The notes under the pieces were generated by a model that did not search any database, had not been told where the DNA came from, and was given only the letters and a program-made list of their open reading frames with translations. A stretch of DNA of 64,000 nt from a virus. Taxonomy: Duplodnaviria > Caudoviricetes. The translations under genes and the position numbers were made by a program. Positions 26,384-37,310 of this stretch are shown here, piece by piece (position 1 is the first letter of the stretch; each line of letters opens with the position of its first letter). Where the stretch lies: the IMG/VR virus record IMGVR_UViG_3300038299_000353, positions 1 through 64,000 of that record, one strand, 5' to 3'.

Positions 26384-27523
26384 ATGAAAATTAAACTAAA
26401 AGAAAAACCAGAACAAATCGCCCTTATTAAGGCAATGGGTTCGAGTGACGAGGAAACTTCTGCAAAAGCAATGAAGGTTTTCGCAAACCTAGTTGGCCCT
26501 CTTGCAAGAAAGGTTCTTGACGAAACTAATATCATCGATTCTTTGTATGATACTATTTCCGTTGGAGAGTTTGAGCCTCGCACTATTCCTCTCGATGATT
26601 TTTATAACGTCGATAAGCCAGATTATGTTCGTGTAACATTCTCTAGCCAACCAGGCGATCTTGCATACAGCCAATTGACTGGTGCTGATGACATCCCCTT
26701 CACTACTTTCGTAGTTACAGCTGCTATCGCAATGTATCGCAAGTATCTTAAGGCTGGACGTATTCAACACGCTGAAAATGGTATTCGCAAGATGATCAAC
26801 GAAGTTCGTTTCAAGATGAAGCGCCAAGGCATCCAGCCAATCCTTGATTCGGTTGCTAATGTTCAAACTAACGGTCAGTATCACGTTACTCGTTCGCACC
26901 AAGCTGGCAGATTCGTTCTTGCCGACTTGAACCGACTCGAAACTCTTGCTTCTCGTATCGTTACTTCTGCTCTTGGCGGAACTCCTAACGCTTCGGGCGC
27001 TCGTGGCATTACTGATATGCTAGTTTCTCCTGAAATCGTTGAAGACATTCGCGCTATCGCTTATAACCCAATGAATACTGTTGCTGCTGATGGTGGCGCT
27101 CCTGCTAACACAGAGGACGGCATTGCTGCTCCTGAGTCGCTTCGTAACGAAGTGTATGGTGCTGCTGGTATCCCAACCCTGTATGGTTGCAACATCATCC
27201 AAATGGTTGAAATGGGCGTAGGTCAGGACTTCAACACTATCTTCGATGCGTTTGCAGGTAATAACGCTTATGTTGATAATGCTGGTACTGGTACTGCAGT
27301 CTTCAATGGTGCTACTGAGCAAATCGTTCTTGGTATCAACAGATCTGTTGATGTTAACGGTCTTGTTAAAGTTGAAATCAACGACAGTGAAAGTGGTTCA
27401 ACATTCAATGCTCTTCCTGACAACCAGTTTGTTGCCAGAGAAGGTAAGGTTGGATTCTACGGAACAACTGAAGCAGGTTATCTTAGCGTTGAGCCAAGAA
27501 ACCTCTTCGCTATCGCGATCTAG
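26384..27523 (+). CDS. major capsid protein
   Basis: Position, 379 aa, strong codon bias, followed by a terminator. Confidence 0.75.
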   Translation: MKIKLKEKPEQIALIKAMGSSDEETSAKAMKVFANLVGPLARKVLDETNIIDSLYDTISVGEFEPRTIPLDDFYNVDKPDYVRVTFSSQPGDLAYSQLTGADDIPFTTFVVTAAIAMYRKYLKAGRIQHAENGIRKMINEVRFKMKRQGIQPILDSVANVQTNGQYHVTRSHQAGRFVLADLNRLETLASRIVTSALGGTPNASGARGITDMLVSPEIVEDIRAIAYNPMNTVAADGGAPANTEDGIAAPESLRNEVYGAAGIPTLYGCNIIQMVEMGVGQDFNTIFDAFAGNNAYVDNAGTGTAVFNGATEQIVLGINRSVDVNGLVKVEINDSESGSTFNALPDNQFVAREGKVGFYGTTEAGYLSVEPRNLFAIAI

Positions 27524-27543
27524 AACTAATAAAATCAAAACTA

Positions 27544-27571
27544 ATCCCGCCAGAAATGGCGGGATTTTTTT
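27544..27571 (+). terminator. intrinsic terminator
   Basis: ATCCCGCCA-GAAA-TGGCGGGAT plus T-tract. Confidence 0.9.
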
Positions 27572-27623
27572 GTGTCTAAGTTTAGAATTTTCCCAAAAGT
27601 ACGCTACACCTGTATATAATAAT

Positions 27624-27947
27624 ATGGAAAAAATTAATGGAAAAATTAATGGCAGCGATACTTTGGTAAGCGCTTTGGGTAATAAAAAGTCAGTAGCAGG
27701 TGTTTCTCAGTTTTTGGATTATAAAATTCTTATTAGTAAGATGCCTATGGAAAAACTATATAGGCATGGTTTAGAAGAATTTGGTATTAAGCCAAACAGA
27801 TCCTTGAAAGGTAGAGAAACTTTTGAAAAAAAATGCTTGGCTGCATTCAGAAAATCTACTGGTCAATTGATGAATCAAGATTTATCAAAAAAGCTGACTA
27901 AGACCAAACAAAAGAAGCTAGATGAAGTTCTGAAGAAGGGGATTTAA
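27624..27947 (+). CDS. hypothetical protein (start revised to MEKING)
   Basis: Late promoter at 27590-27616. Confidence 0.65.
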   Translation: MEKINGKINGSDTLVSALGNKKSVAGVSQFLDYKILISKMPMEKLYRHGLEEFGIKPNRSLKGRETFEKKCLAAFRKSTGQLMNQDLSKKLTKTKQKKLDEVLKKGI

Positions 27948-27982
27948 TTTCTTTGTAGGGTTTTTTAACTGTAATAATAGTT

Positions 27983-28438
27983 ATGTCTACGTACCAATTA
28001 ACAGGAGTTGCTTATGAGCTTCATCAAGAGTTAAATTTCCCTAGCGAACCAAGTCAAAATAGAATAAACCTTTGGCTAGAATATAACGTCGGGAAATTAA
28101 ACAATAAGATTTCTACTAACTACAGTTTAAATTCTGGAGAATATGTACCTCTATTACATCAAGACGAAAAAGACATCTTAAAGTCTCTATACTATGTTGA
28201 GTATTATACAAATCTATCTAGGGATATCTTAATAAAAAGCTCTAGTGGCGGAAACATTATCTCTATAAAGGATGACGAAAGTTCAGTTACTTTTGAAAGG
28301 AGTAGGGACTCATCTGTGGAGATATATAAAATTGCTAGAGATATGGATAACAGGTCTACGGATTTAGTAAATCTATATAAACATAATAGGTCTGGACCAA
28401 GAGACCCTCAAGAGAATTTAACTGGCTTCAAGTATTAA
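27983..28438 (+). CDS. putative head-tail adaptor
   Basis: Position and size. Confidence 0.5.
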   Translation: MSTYQLTGVAYELHQELNFPSEPSQNRINLWLEYNVGKLNNKISTNYSLNSGEYVPLLHQDEKDILKSLYYVEYYTNLSRDILIKSSSGGNIISIKDDESSVTFERSRDSSVEIYKIARDMDNRSTDLVNLYKHNRSGPRDPQENLTGFKY

Positions 28439-28881
28439 TGATAGTATTGACCGACAGTCAGCAAGATAGTGTTAATGATGGAATGATGAGTTTGCATAAT
28501 TTTTTTGCTAGTAAAAACAAATTATTTGCTATCAAAAAAGGTACTACTACTGTTATTAGTGAGAGTAGCGCTCATAACTCTTATTATCAAAATAGCATTG
28601 AGAATAGTAAAACTGTTGAAACTCAAACCAGTGGAATGTTTTTGGCTAGGGCATATTATCTAGACAGGGGTACTGAATTTAAACCAATAGACGGCAATCA
28701 GGGTAGTGTTGCAGCAAGCCCTAGAATTAAGCTAGTAACTGATATAACGGGAAGAGATTTTTTAGAAGACTCAAAGGACGTTTATTGGGATGAAGAGTTT
28801 TATGATTTAATTTCAGAACCAAGAAGACACGGCTTGCTGCAAAACAACTTCTACACTTACTTCCTAGAGAAAATCAACTAA
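28438..28881 (+). CDS. putative head closure protein
   Basis: Position; beta-rich. Confidence 0.45.
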   Translation: MIVLTDSQQDSVNDGMMSLHNFFASKNKLFAIKKGTTTVISESSAHNSYYQNSIENSKTVETQTSGMFLARAYYLDRGTEFKPIDGNQGSVAASPRIKLVTDITGRDFLEDSKDVYWDEEFYDLISEPRRHGLLQNNFYTYFLEKIN

Positions 28882-29447
28882 TGGCAATCTTCAAGGCACA
28901 GATAAATAAGAAAATTACGAAAGCACTAACTGGAAGAAAGGCTAGGTCTAGCGCAATAAAAAAAATGTCTGCCGATTTCAAAAGATCTAAGAGACAGTTC
29001 TTGTCGGAGGTTGGCTCTGATAGGTCGTCACAAATGGTTCAGTCTGATGATAAAACAAGAGGTTACTTCGGCTTAGAGCCATCACAAAATCCAGTACAAG
29101 ATATAAAAGAATCTTTCGAAGAAAAAATTCAACTGAATACTAGGCCTAGCACTACTAGAGATAAAAATAGAGCATTTTACAAGTTTCAAATACAATATCC
29201 ATCAAGGCCAGAAATTTATAATGATGATCGATTGAGTCTACCGTGGACTGCAAAGACTTGGGTGCAAGCGTTGCAGGAGGGGTTAGGAAGTATTGAAAAA
29301 TTCTTATTTAAGCCAGGTGCTGGTAGGTCTGAGCTTGGTTATCAGATTAAAAACTCAATAAACAGGCAGAGCGAGCCAAGAGATGGTTCGTATCTAGACA
29401 GATTAAGAAGTCTTTTTGAAACAAAACTCAGAGGGGGAAATAGATGA
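28881..29447 (+). CDS. putative neck/tail completion protein
   Basis: Position; basic. Confidence 0.4.
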   Translation: MAIFKAQINKKITKALTGRKARSSAIKKMSADFKRSKRQFLSEVGSDRSSQMVQSDDKTRGYFGLEPSQNPVQDIKESFEEKIQLNTRPSTTRDKNRAFYKFQIQYPSRPEIYNDDRLSLPWTAKTWVQALQEGLGSIEKFLFKPGAGRSELGYQIKNSINRQSEPRDGSYLDRLRSLFETKLRGGNR

Positions 29448-30280
29448 TACCGCAATACGATCATAAGCTAGGGTCTTACTTTACTCTATATCTAGAAAAC
29501 AGGCTCTTAGAGAAGGGGCAGGCTTTTACTAATACTACTGGAATCTTTTACCCAAACGATCAAAATAATATTAATGGACTAACCTTTTCAAATAGTCCTT
29601 ATGGTCAGTGGGTTTATGATCACTCAATTACTGGTGCTATAATTCCAAGTGGAGTTTATGTAAATGGTGAAGAGGTGAATAGGGGTACTAGTGGATTGTC
29701 TATAGACTTTTTAAATGGTGGCGCTTATCATGAAGACTTTGGAGACTCACCAGTGTCGGGAGCATTCGCATACAAGGACTTTAACGTATACTTTAAACCA
29801 GAAAATGAAACTCAGGTTTTATTGAGAGAAGCTTTTAGATCCAAGGACCCATTAAACTTTTTAACTGGATCGAATAATTTAAGAATAAATGCCCCATGCA
29901 TTATAGTCAGTTCTAAGAATAGCTCTAGCGAGCCTCTCGCATTTGGTGGCCTAGATGAAGTAACTTATAACTTACAGACTTTAGTTTTAACTGATAATTA
30001 CTATGATTTGGATGGAGCTTTATCTATATTTAGAGATTTGAGGGAAAATTACTTTTCGGTAGGAGGCTTTGAAAAAATACCTTGGGACTTTAAGGGTGAC
30101 TTAAAAGATCCAGAATATAGCTACAATGATATCAACGCAGCATTTAGCGGTGGGTATGAAAAAGCTTATATTGATAAGGTGACTATAAACTCTACAAATA
30201 GTGTAGATAATGAATTTTCAGAGTTTAATATAGGCTATGCAGAATTTTCGATTATAGCCTATAGGTTTCCAAGAAAATGA
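29444..30280 (+). CDS. putative tail terminator
   Basis: Precedes tail tube; APCIIV...AFGG. Confidence 0.5.
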   Translation: MIPQYDHKLGSYFTLYLENRLLEKGQAFTNTTGIFYPNDQNNINGLTFSNSPYGQWVYDHSITGAIIPSGVYVNGEEVNRGTSGLSIDFLNGGAYHEDFGDSPVSGAFAYKDFNVYFKPENETQVLLREAFRSKDPLNFLTGSNNLRINAPCIIVSSKNSSSEPLAFGGLDEVTYNLQTLVLTDNYYDLDGALSIFRDLRENYFSVGGFEKIPWDFKGDLKDPEYSYNDINAAFSGGYEKAYIDKVTINSTNSVDNEFSEFNIGYAEFSIIAYRFPRK

Positions 30281-30337
30281 TTCACAGTCTCGCAAATAAA
30301 ATGTATTAACTATTATAACCCAACCTTTTTTAAAACT

Positions 30338-31567
30338 ATGGCAAAAAGAATTCAAACAAGATATGAAAGTGCTGGCCTCTTTGTAGGCCCTTCGCCAGCA
30401 ACTGGCAGACACTTTGCAGATGGTCTTTACGGTTACACCACTCTATTAAGTGGATCAAGCGGTGATAACCAAATCAGACCACTATTCAGAGTACAGTCGT
30501 TCTCCGACTCTTTCGACAACCCTCTTCAGAACGTTAATCAATTTGGACAAGCTACTACTCTTGCCAAATTAGCTACTTCTGCACCGACCCCAACCTTCGA
30601 TTTCACGTATTTCACTAATAATGGATTGAACGAAGCTATTCTGGGCTTTCCAGTGTCCCTTGATGCTAGCACTGTTGCTGGAAATACAACTGGCTTGAGA
30701 AATTGCCTGTCTGGATTCTTTGATTCTACAAATGATTCCAAGAACTATTTCGCGCAATTCGTCCCAGAAGGTAAGTCCGTTTATGGAGATACCTCTGCAG
30801 ATGACCTAGACTTCGTAGTTTGCCTTTCAAATGGCTTCATTACTAATTATGAAGTTAGCGCAAGTGTTGGCGGGTTCATGGAATCTACAGTTTCTGTTGA
30901 AGGTTCTAATTACGTAGTTAATTCTAATAGTACTGGCAACATTTCTCCAGCAATTTTCCCAGAAAATGGAGACAAGGTTACTGGGTGGCAATATGATATT
31001 CCTGCAATCTCACAAGACTCCACTGGAGCTTTTGCTGGTGCAGGTTCTACAATGCCAGCGGTCATCAAACAAGGTGGAATTAAGCTTAACATCAGCACTC
31101 TTTCGGGTAACATGGGTGTTAACATTACAGAATCGAATATCAATTCGTTTTCCGTTAGCGTTCCAGTTGCTCGTGACAACCTTGAAAGACTAGGAAGTCA
31201 ATTCGTTTTTGCTCGCCCATTGCAAACACCAATTGATGGAACAGTAAGCTTCGATTTTAATGTCACTGATATGACGACAGGTTCTCTTGTTGATCTATTC
31301 AACGGCACATCGAACACTGAGTTTGACTTTAGTATTGTAACTGCTGGAAGTACTGGTAATTCGGTAGATACAGATCAATTCGCTATTGTTGTTAGAGGTG
31401 CTACCTTCGAATCGGAAAATACATCTCTTGATATCGGATCTGCAAGAAACGGTTCTGTAACATTCCAAGTCCCACTTGGTACTGTTGATGAAACTGGAAA
31501 AGGCATATTCTTCAGCGGAGCCGCTACAGAAGCAGATCGTAACGCGAGATACGCAGGTCGTTCATAA
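30338..31567 (+). CDS. major tail (tube) protein
   Basis: RVQSFS, NQFGQ, SFSVSVPVARDNLERLG; precedes tape measure; own terminator. Confidence 0.7.
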   Translation: MAKRIQTRYESAGLFVGPSPATGRHFADGLYGYTTLLSGSSGDNQIRPLFRVQSFSDSFDNPLQNVNQFGQATTLAKLATSAPTPTFDFTYFTNNGLNEAILGFPVSLDASTVAGNTTGLRNCLSGFFDSTNDSKNYFAQFVPEGKSVYGDTSADDLDFVVCLSNGFITNYEVSASVGGFMESTVSVEGSNYVVNSNSTGNISPAIFPENGDKVTGWQYDIPAISQDSTGAFAGAGSTMPAVIKQGGIKLNISTLSGNMGVNITESNINSFSVSVPVARDNLERLGSQFVFARPLQTPIDGTVSFDFNVTDMTTGSLVDLFNGTSNTEFDFSIVTAGSTGNSVDTDQFAIVVRGATFESENTSLDIGSARNGSVTFQVPLGTVDETGKGIFFSGAATEADRNARYAGRS

Positions 31568-31592
31568 ATTTTAAATATTCATTTAAAAAACA

Positions 31593-31628
31593 AAGCCCAT
31601 TGATTTTTTTATCAGTGGGCTTTTTTTT
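31593..31628 (+). terminator. intrinsic terminator
   Basis: AAGCCCATTGA...TCAGTGGGCTT plus T-tract. Confidence 0.85.
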
Positions 31629-31647
31629 AGTGTAATAGTATATAGGC

Positions 31648-34600
31648 ATGGCTAGATCTGATTTAGAAATATTAGCGGAAGTAAAACTCTCAAACACAAG
31701 AGAGTTTAATGCTCAGTTGCGTGGTCTTGAAAAACGTAAAGTTATAATTGACACAAAGCGAAGTGAGCAGGCTTTAGGCAGAATTACAGGCAAGGCAAAT
31801 GAGTTTACTAAATCACTTGAAGCTTCTAATGCCCGTGTCATCGCTTTCGGCGCTTCTGTGGCCGTCATTGAAGGGGTAAGAAGAGCCTTCCTAGAATTGG
31901 CTACCACCGTAGTACAGGTGGAAAGTAGCTTGAATGCTATTAACTCCATCTTCGGAAGAAGTAGCGATACGATATCGAAGTTTGGTGACGAGCTGTTTAA
32001 GGTTGCTAAGAATACTGGTCAGGGATTTCAGCAAGTAGCTGAAGCTGCACAGGAATTTGCCAGACAGGGCTTGAGCGTAGAGCAAACTCTAAAGAGAACA
32101 AATGACGCTCTGATATTAACTCGACTAACAACTTTAAACACAGAGAAAGCAATTTCTGGTTTAACTGCGGTTGTTAACGGTTTTGCATCCTCTGCTATAA
32201 CGACTACTGACGTCATAAATAAGTTGAGAGCAGTTGAAACTGCTTTTGCGGTTTCTTCTACAGATCTAATTGATGCGGTTTCTAGATCGGCATCCGTTGC
32301 TCAGGATGCTGGCATATCGTTTGAAGAATTGCTGGGTTTCATTACTGCGATAAAACAAAGAACTGGTTTGGGTGGCGCTACTATTGGTCAAGGTCTGAAG
32401 ACTGCTTTAACTAGACTTAATTTACCTACTAGAATCGCACAGTTGAAAGAACTTGGGGTCGCTGTTGATGAATCTGCCGCAACCTTTGATAACCTAGTAA
32501 CAGCATCTGTAGCCATTGATAAAGCTCAAAAGGACGGGAACAGAAGTCTTGCCACTCAAATATCTACAGTTGTTGCTGGCCAGTTCCAGGTTTCAAAATT
32601 GTCGGCCCTATTTAGAGATTTAGCATCCCAACAAAGTATTGCTGGAGGAGCGACAGACGCTGCGACCAAGGCAACTAATGAAGCTATTCTAGCCAACTTA
32701 GCTTACAATCAAACTATTGAGGGTGTTAGTAAGCAAATCTCTGCCAATATAAGTCAAATTTTTGCAGGCCTTGGCGAGGCTGGGCTTCAAGACTTCTTCA
32801 AGTCTATTGTAACGGATATAAATGTATTGCTAGAAGCTCTTCAAGGCAAAGATATTGGAGGTGGGTCCTTTTTGGCAAACCTTACCAAGGACGTGCTTTT
32901 ACTAGCTAATGATCTTAAGCTTTTAGCGCCACTTGCTGAAGGGTTTGTAAAAGTCTTGACTGGTCCTGCATTTGTAACTGGCTTGGCAATTATTGCCAAT
33001 ACTTTAAAAAATGTATTCACTCAGGGTGGCGCAAGTTTACTTCAGCTCAGTGGTATAAACAAAGTTTCAGAAAAACGAATAGCAAATCAGAGAGTTATTC
33101 AAAGCTTGTTAGCTCAAGCTACCTCTTCCGAGTTAAAACAGCTAGAATTAGCAACTTCACAGGCACAAAAAGAACAAATTATATTAGGCTTGCTGACTAA
33201 ACAACTTGCTGCGCAAAAAGCCTTAGAATCTAGTTCGATTAGAACTGCGCAAAGCTTGTCGAGGCAGGGTGTATCTCTTGGTGGATCTGTTTTTACTGGA
33301 GATGTAAGTAGGAAAGGAAGAGGAACAAAGGGTTTTGCTGGAGGAACTTTAGGGGGAGCAATAGAAAATGAAAAAAGGGCGATCAGCAATGGCGTTGGTG
33401 GAGCTAGTTCAAACGCGCAAGTAAAAGTAGTAAATTCATTCAATTATGGAAAGGGCAAGATTGGGCCAGCCGTATTGAATAGTGATGAGATTTTAATACC
33501 TAATAAGAGTGGCGACATTGTATTGAATAGAGATATGGCAGGATCTTCTGCTATTAGCTCTATGGGTGGAAACTTTGCCAAAGGCAAGATCCCTATGATC
33601 AAGGGATTGACCTACAAGGCCTCTCAGGATGGCTTTAGCAAGCTTCTGATGGGTAACACCAAATTTCAGTCTGTAAGCTACTACAGTAAGAATTCTGACT
33701 CAGTTAGACAGCTTACAGGGGTTCAGCATTCATCTATGGTTGGTCAGTCATCTAAGGCTGGAAAGCCGCCTCCTAAGGGGTATTCTAGCTGGAAGCAATA
33801 CCAAAGGGAGAATCAGATGGTTACTCTTAGAGGTATGCAGGGTGGCGAACAAGTAACCAAAAATGTAAAACTCTCTAATATAAGAAAGGTTAGAGCTGGG
33901 GGAGCTACCTATATACCTAATTTTGCAGAAGGCAGGGTCAATATTGGAGATTCCGAAATAAAAAGGATGATGAAGAGGCTGAGATCTGGTCAATCTCTAA
34001 CAAACAGAGATTTGAGAAGGATCGAATCTGGTATTGCATCGGGTCAATCATTTAAAATTCCACCCCTTTTAAGGGATGCTGCGGCTAAGCAGGCTTCGTT
34101 TGCAAGTCAGAAAGCTGCTAGAGGTTCTGGTAGAGCTACACCAAAAACTCCACCAAGCGGTGCTGGTGAAAGGACTAGAATATTTCCGACACGAACATCT
34201 TCCGTTAGAGATAGTCAAGGGAGATTTGTTGGAACAGGTGGAGCATCAGATGTAAGCTCTTCAGGTTCCAGAGCTTTTAGCACTAATGATTTTCAGCCGC
34301 CAGCAGTAATACAGCCAAGTTTAGCCGAGCAGGCAAAAAATGCTCCACCTAAAGCAACTGACTTTAGTAAATCTTTGGAAGAGAGGCAGTACAAGCAATT
34401 TAAAAACGATTTTACTGCTGGCAAAATACCTAGCGGAGGTGGCGATGACACGTTCAAGAAATTTAAAACAAGGCTGCAGTTTGATCTTATAGAAGCCGAA
34501 TTAAAAAAAGAGTCTAAAGCTCAGGGAAGACCTGTATCATTTGCTGAGCTTGGTAGGTCAAAAGAAGGTAGGAAGCTTAGGCAAAATATTGTAAAAGCTG

Positions 34601-37302
34601 GACTAGTTAATTTTAAGCAAGTTGAAGCCACAACAGCAAGAGCCGTTCAAGATGCTCTTTTGGCTGATGCACAAACACAATTAGAGAAGTCTGGGAAGGG
34701 TAGATTTGGTCTTGATAGTGGCCTAGACAAAAAAGCAAAAGGCATTTTGCAATCACCTTCTGGAAGAAGACTTTCATCAGAATCTAGAGCTAAATTTAAC
34801 GAATCGGTTGAATCTAGAAAAATAGCTAGAGGACAAAGACTACAGGGGGCTGGATTTGGACTTAGCTTTGCTGGGGCTTTGGCAGCGCCAGTAGTTGGTC
34901 AGGGGATTGCAAAGGCAACTGGAAATGAAAGGGCTGGGTCAATTGCATCTGGTGCTTTAGGTGGGGCTGCGACTGGAGCAAGTGTGGGTGCATTTTCTGG
35001 GAATCCGATTGGTATTGCAATAGGTGCTGGAGTTGGGGGTATACTGGGTGGAGTTAGTGCTGCGCTTGCTACAGCCAATGATGATGCCAGCAAGTATTCC
35101 AAGACTCTGGGCGAGCAGCAAGATTTTTATAAAAAGAATATAGCTTCTGCACAGGCATATGTAAATGCGCAGTTTAGACTAAATGATGCATTTGAAAGTG
35201 GAACTGCATCAGGAAAACAGATAGCGGCCCTGTTCTCTGATATACAAAGAACGTTTAATGATTTTCAGAACGATCCAAATCTTGGCAAATCAGAAAGAGG
35301 GAGAAAGCTTCAGCAAGACTTTGTTACTGCAACTCCAGAGGCAAGAAGAGAGATATTGGCTGACCTCCAAAGGGAGGGGCAGTCAAAAATAAGGACAGCG
35401 TCAACACAGGCGGCTTTCGACGATTTCGCTACAAAATCTAAAGATAGGAGAGCTACTATAGCGGCGGAGAGAACTACTATTAAGGGTGTCGGTCAATATG
35501 CCTTTGGATCGCCAGTATCAAGAGTAACAAACCAGGCGGAACTTAATCTTAGTAAGATTACAAAAGAAGAGGTATCTCTTTTTGTTGGAGGCCTTCTAGC
35601 GGATATAGATCTTGACAATGTTGACTTTTCCACTTTAGAGGCGTCTGGAACTAATCTCCAGAAGCTACTTGCGCTGGGTCTTGAAGAGGAAACTGCAAAA
35701 GCTTTTGCTCTTCAGTTCGACGAAAATAGGCTTCTATCAAACCTATTCCAGCAAGAGATTGGAAAAGGCTCCATTAAGACCAATATAATTCAACAGCAAA
35801 ATACCGCTGCGATAACAGATGCGAACTTTAAAGTTGCAGGAGCTAACAGAGACTCTGATGATGCTTCATCTAATTTGTTCCAAGCTCAGGCTGGCCAGTC
35901 TGCTGCTGCTAGAATAACGCAAAGGGGTCAAGTTAGTAGAGCGTCCAACCTCAAGCAAAATCAATTGGAGTTTCTTTCTGGTCAGGGCTTTGACCAGACA
36001 CGTAATAAGCAGAACCTTCAGATAAGTGATCTGCAAACAGCTCTTAAAAATGGGTTGAAGGATCTTAACTTAGGTGCTTCAGGGGGTGTCCAATCTGCTT
36101 TTAAAGATAGATTGTCCACATTCACACCAGAGCAAAGAGCTGAGGTTTCCCCTATCTTGGAAAAGGTTGCGAATGAAGGAGCTTCAATTAGCGATATAAA
36201 CTCTCTAATAGGAACGACAAAAGATAAGGATTTGAAACAAGAGCTTACAAAGTTGGCAATTAGCCTGGCAGCAAATAGAGATGCTCTTGTCGCAAATACA
36301 AATCAGTCACTTGCGGATACAGTAGCTATCAATCAACAGCGCGAAAATCAGAGAGTGTCTCAAGCAGCATTAAACGATTTAGGGTCAAAGACGGGAGGTC
36401 AGAACCTTTCACAATTATTTGGTGAAGATAAGGCGGGTAGTAGTCTTACTGAAGAAATTAGAAAGGGAATGAGAGAAACTTTCTTAGGCTTAGATAGAAC
36501 GGGTTTGCCTGGAAGAGATCCAATTAGAGAAGTGCTGGCTGATAAAGATTCTCCAGAGGCTCAAGCATTAAAGGGGGCTTCTGATGTACTTAGAGAGCAG
36601 TTCAATCTTGTTACTAGATCAAAAGGCGAAGGGGGTCAACTAACCGATTTACAGAGTAAAAGAGCTAGGAGCATTTTTGAACGAGAGTTGAGTATAGGGG
36701 ATCAAACTCCTGAAGGGCTTGCGGATTTACCTGCAAGATTAGAAAGTGTATTTGACCGTTTATCTGATCAGGGCGTTAAACTGGACTTAGACGAACTAGT
36801 TAAGGTTAAAACTAATACAGGTGAAGAGATTGGTGGCTTTGAAGTAATCAACCAAGGTTTAGCTGCTGTTGTCGAATCCCTCAAGGTGGTCAGCCCAACA
36901 TTAGCATCACTATTGAGTGATGTTACTCCAACCGAAGGTAGGCTTCCTGGAGCGCCACCAGTTGTAGAAGGAGGTAATCAATCTTCCACCGCAGCAGACT
37001 CTGCAGCAAATGTATTAGCTGCACTCAAGGTGCAGGAGGCCGCAGCGTTGGTAAATAGAGATGCTATAGCCACTCTAGTAGAACAATTAAATGCAAATAC
37101 TCTTACTCAAGAGCAATTTATTAAAGCATCTAGTGAGCTAAGTGAAAGGCTTGCAGAGGGAGTAATTAAAACCACTGATGTTGTTACTAATATAGATATA
37201 AAGCTTCCAGACGGCAGCATAGCTAGGTTGGGTTCAGTAGAAGAAGCGGTTGAAGAGTTTAGGAGAAATTTAGAATCAATTGTAGACACGATCAGTGATT
37301 AA
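31648..37302 (+). CDS. tail tape measure protein
   Basis: 1884 aa; TP901-like core (EFARQG, AVSSTDLIDAVSRS, IGQGLKT); Gly/Ala TM-like segments. Confidence 0.9.
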   Translation: MARSDLEILAEVKLSNTREFNAQLRGLEKRKVIIDTKRSEQALGRITGKANEFTKSLEASNARVIAFGASVAVIEGVRRAFLELATTVVQVESSLNAINSIFGRSSDTISKFGDELFKVAKNTGQGFQQVAEAAQEFARQGLSVEQTLKRTNDALILTRLTTLNTEKAISGLTAVVNGFASSAITTTDVINKLRAVETAFAVSSTDLIDAVSRSASVAQDAGISFEELLGFITAIKQRTGLGGATIGQGLKTALTRLNLPTRIAQLKELGVAVDESAATFDNLVTASVAIDKAQKDGNRSLATQISTVVAGQFQVSKLSALFRDLASQQSIAGGATDAATKATNEAILANLAYNQTIEGVSKQISANISQIFAGLGEAGLQDFFKSIVTDINVLLEALQGKDIGGGSFLANLTKDVLLLANDLKLLAPLAEGFVKVLTGPAFVTGLAIIANTLKNVFTQGGASLLQLSGINKVSEKRIANQRVIQSLLAQATSSELKQLELATSQAQKEQIILGLLTKQLAAQKALESSSIRTAQSLSRQGVSLGGSVFTGDVSRKGRGTKGFAGGTLGGAIENEKRAISNGVGGASSNAQVKVVNSFNYGKGKIGPAVLNSDEILIPNKSGDIVLNRDMAGSSAISSMGGNFAKGKIPMIKGLTYKASQDGFSKLLMGNTKFQSVSYYSKNSDSVRQLTGVQHSSMVGQSSKAGKPPPKGYSSWKQYQRENQMVTLRGMQGGEQVTKNVKLSNIRKVRAGGATYIPNFAEGRVNIGDSEIKRMMKRLRSGQSLTNRDLRRIESGIASGQSFKIPPLLRDAAAKQASFASQKAARGSGRATPKTPPSGAGERTRIFPTRTSSVRDSQGRFVGTGGASDVSSSGSRAFSTNDFQPPAVIQPSLAEQAKNAPPKATDFSKSLEERQYKQFKNDFTAGKIPSGGGDDTFKKFKTRLQFDLIEAELKKESKAQGRPVSFAELGRSKEGRKLRQNIVKAGLVNFKQVEATTARAVQDALLADAQTQLEKSGKGRFGLDSGLDKKAKGILQSPSGRRLSSESRAKFNESVESRKIARGQRLQGAGFGLSFAGALAAPVVGQGIAKATGNERAGSIASGALGGAATGASVGAFSGNPIGIAIGAGVGGILGGVSAALATANDDASKYSKTLGEQQDFYKKNIASAQAYVNAQFRLNDAFESGTASGKQIAALFSDIQRTFNDFQNDPNLGKSERGRKLQQDFVTATPEARREILADLQREGQSKIRTASTQAAFDDFATKSKDRRATIAAERTTIKGVGQYAFGSPVSRVTNQAELNLSKITKEEVSLFVGGLLADIDLDNVDFSTLEASGTNLQKLLALGLEEETAKAFALQFDENRLLSNLFQQEIGKGSIKTNIIQQQNTAAITDANFKVAGANRDSDDASSNLFQAQAGQSAAARITQRGQVSRASNLKQNQLEFLSGQGFDQTRNKQNLQISDLQTALKNGLKDLNLGASGGVQSAFKDRLSTFTPEQRAEVSPILEKVANEGASISDINSLIGTTKDKDLKQELTKLAISLAANRDALVANTNQSLADTVAINQQRENQRVSQAALNDLGSKTGGQNLSQLFGEDKAGSSLTEEIRKGMRETFLGLDRTGLPGRDPIREVLADKDSPEAQALKGASDVLREQFNLVTRSKGEGGQLTDLQSKRARSIFERELSIGDQTPEGLADLPARLESVFDRLSDQGVKLDLDELVKVKTNTGEEIGGFEVINQGLAAVVESLKVVSPTLASLLSDVTPTEGRLPGAPPVVEGGNQSSTAADSAANVLAALKVQEAAALVNRDAIATLVEQLNANTLTQEQFIKASSELSERLAEGVIKTTDVVTNIDIKLPDGSIARLGSVEEAVEEFRRNLESIVDTISD

Positions 37303-37310
37303 TTATAAAA

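Noticed and set aside
27246-27623. 233-aa ORF overlapping the capsid gene
   Set aside because: It crosses the MCP end and a terminator; the real start is probably ATG 27624 behind a late promoter
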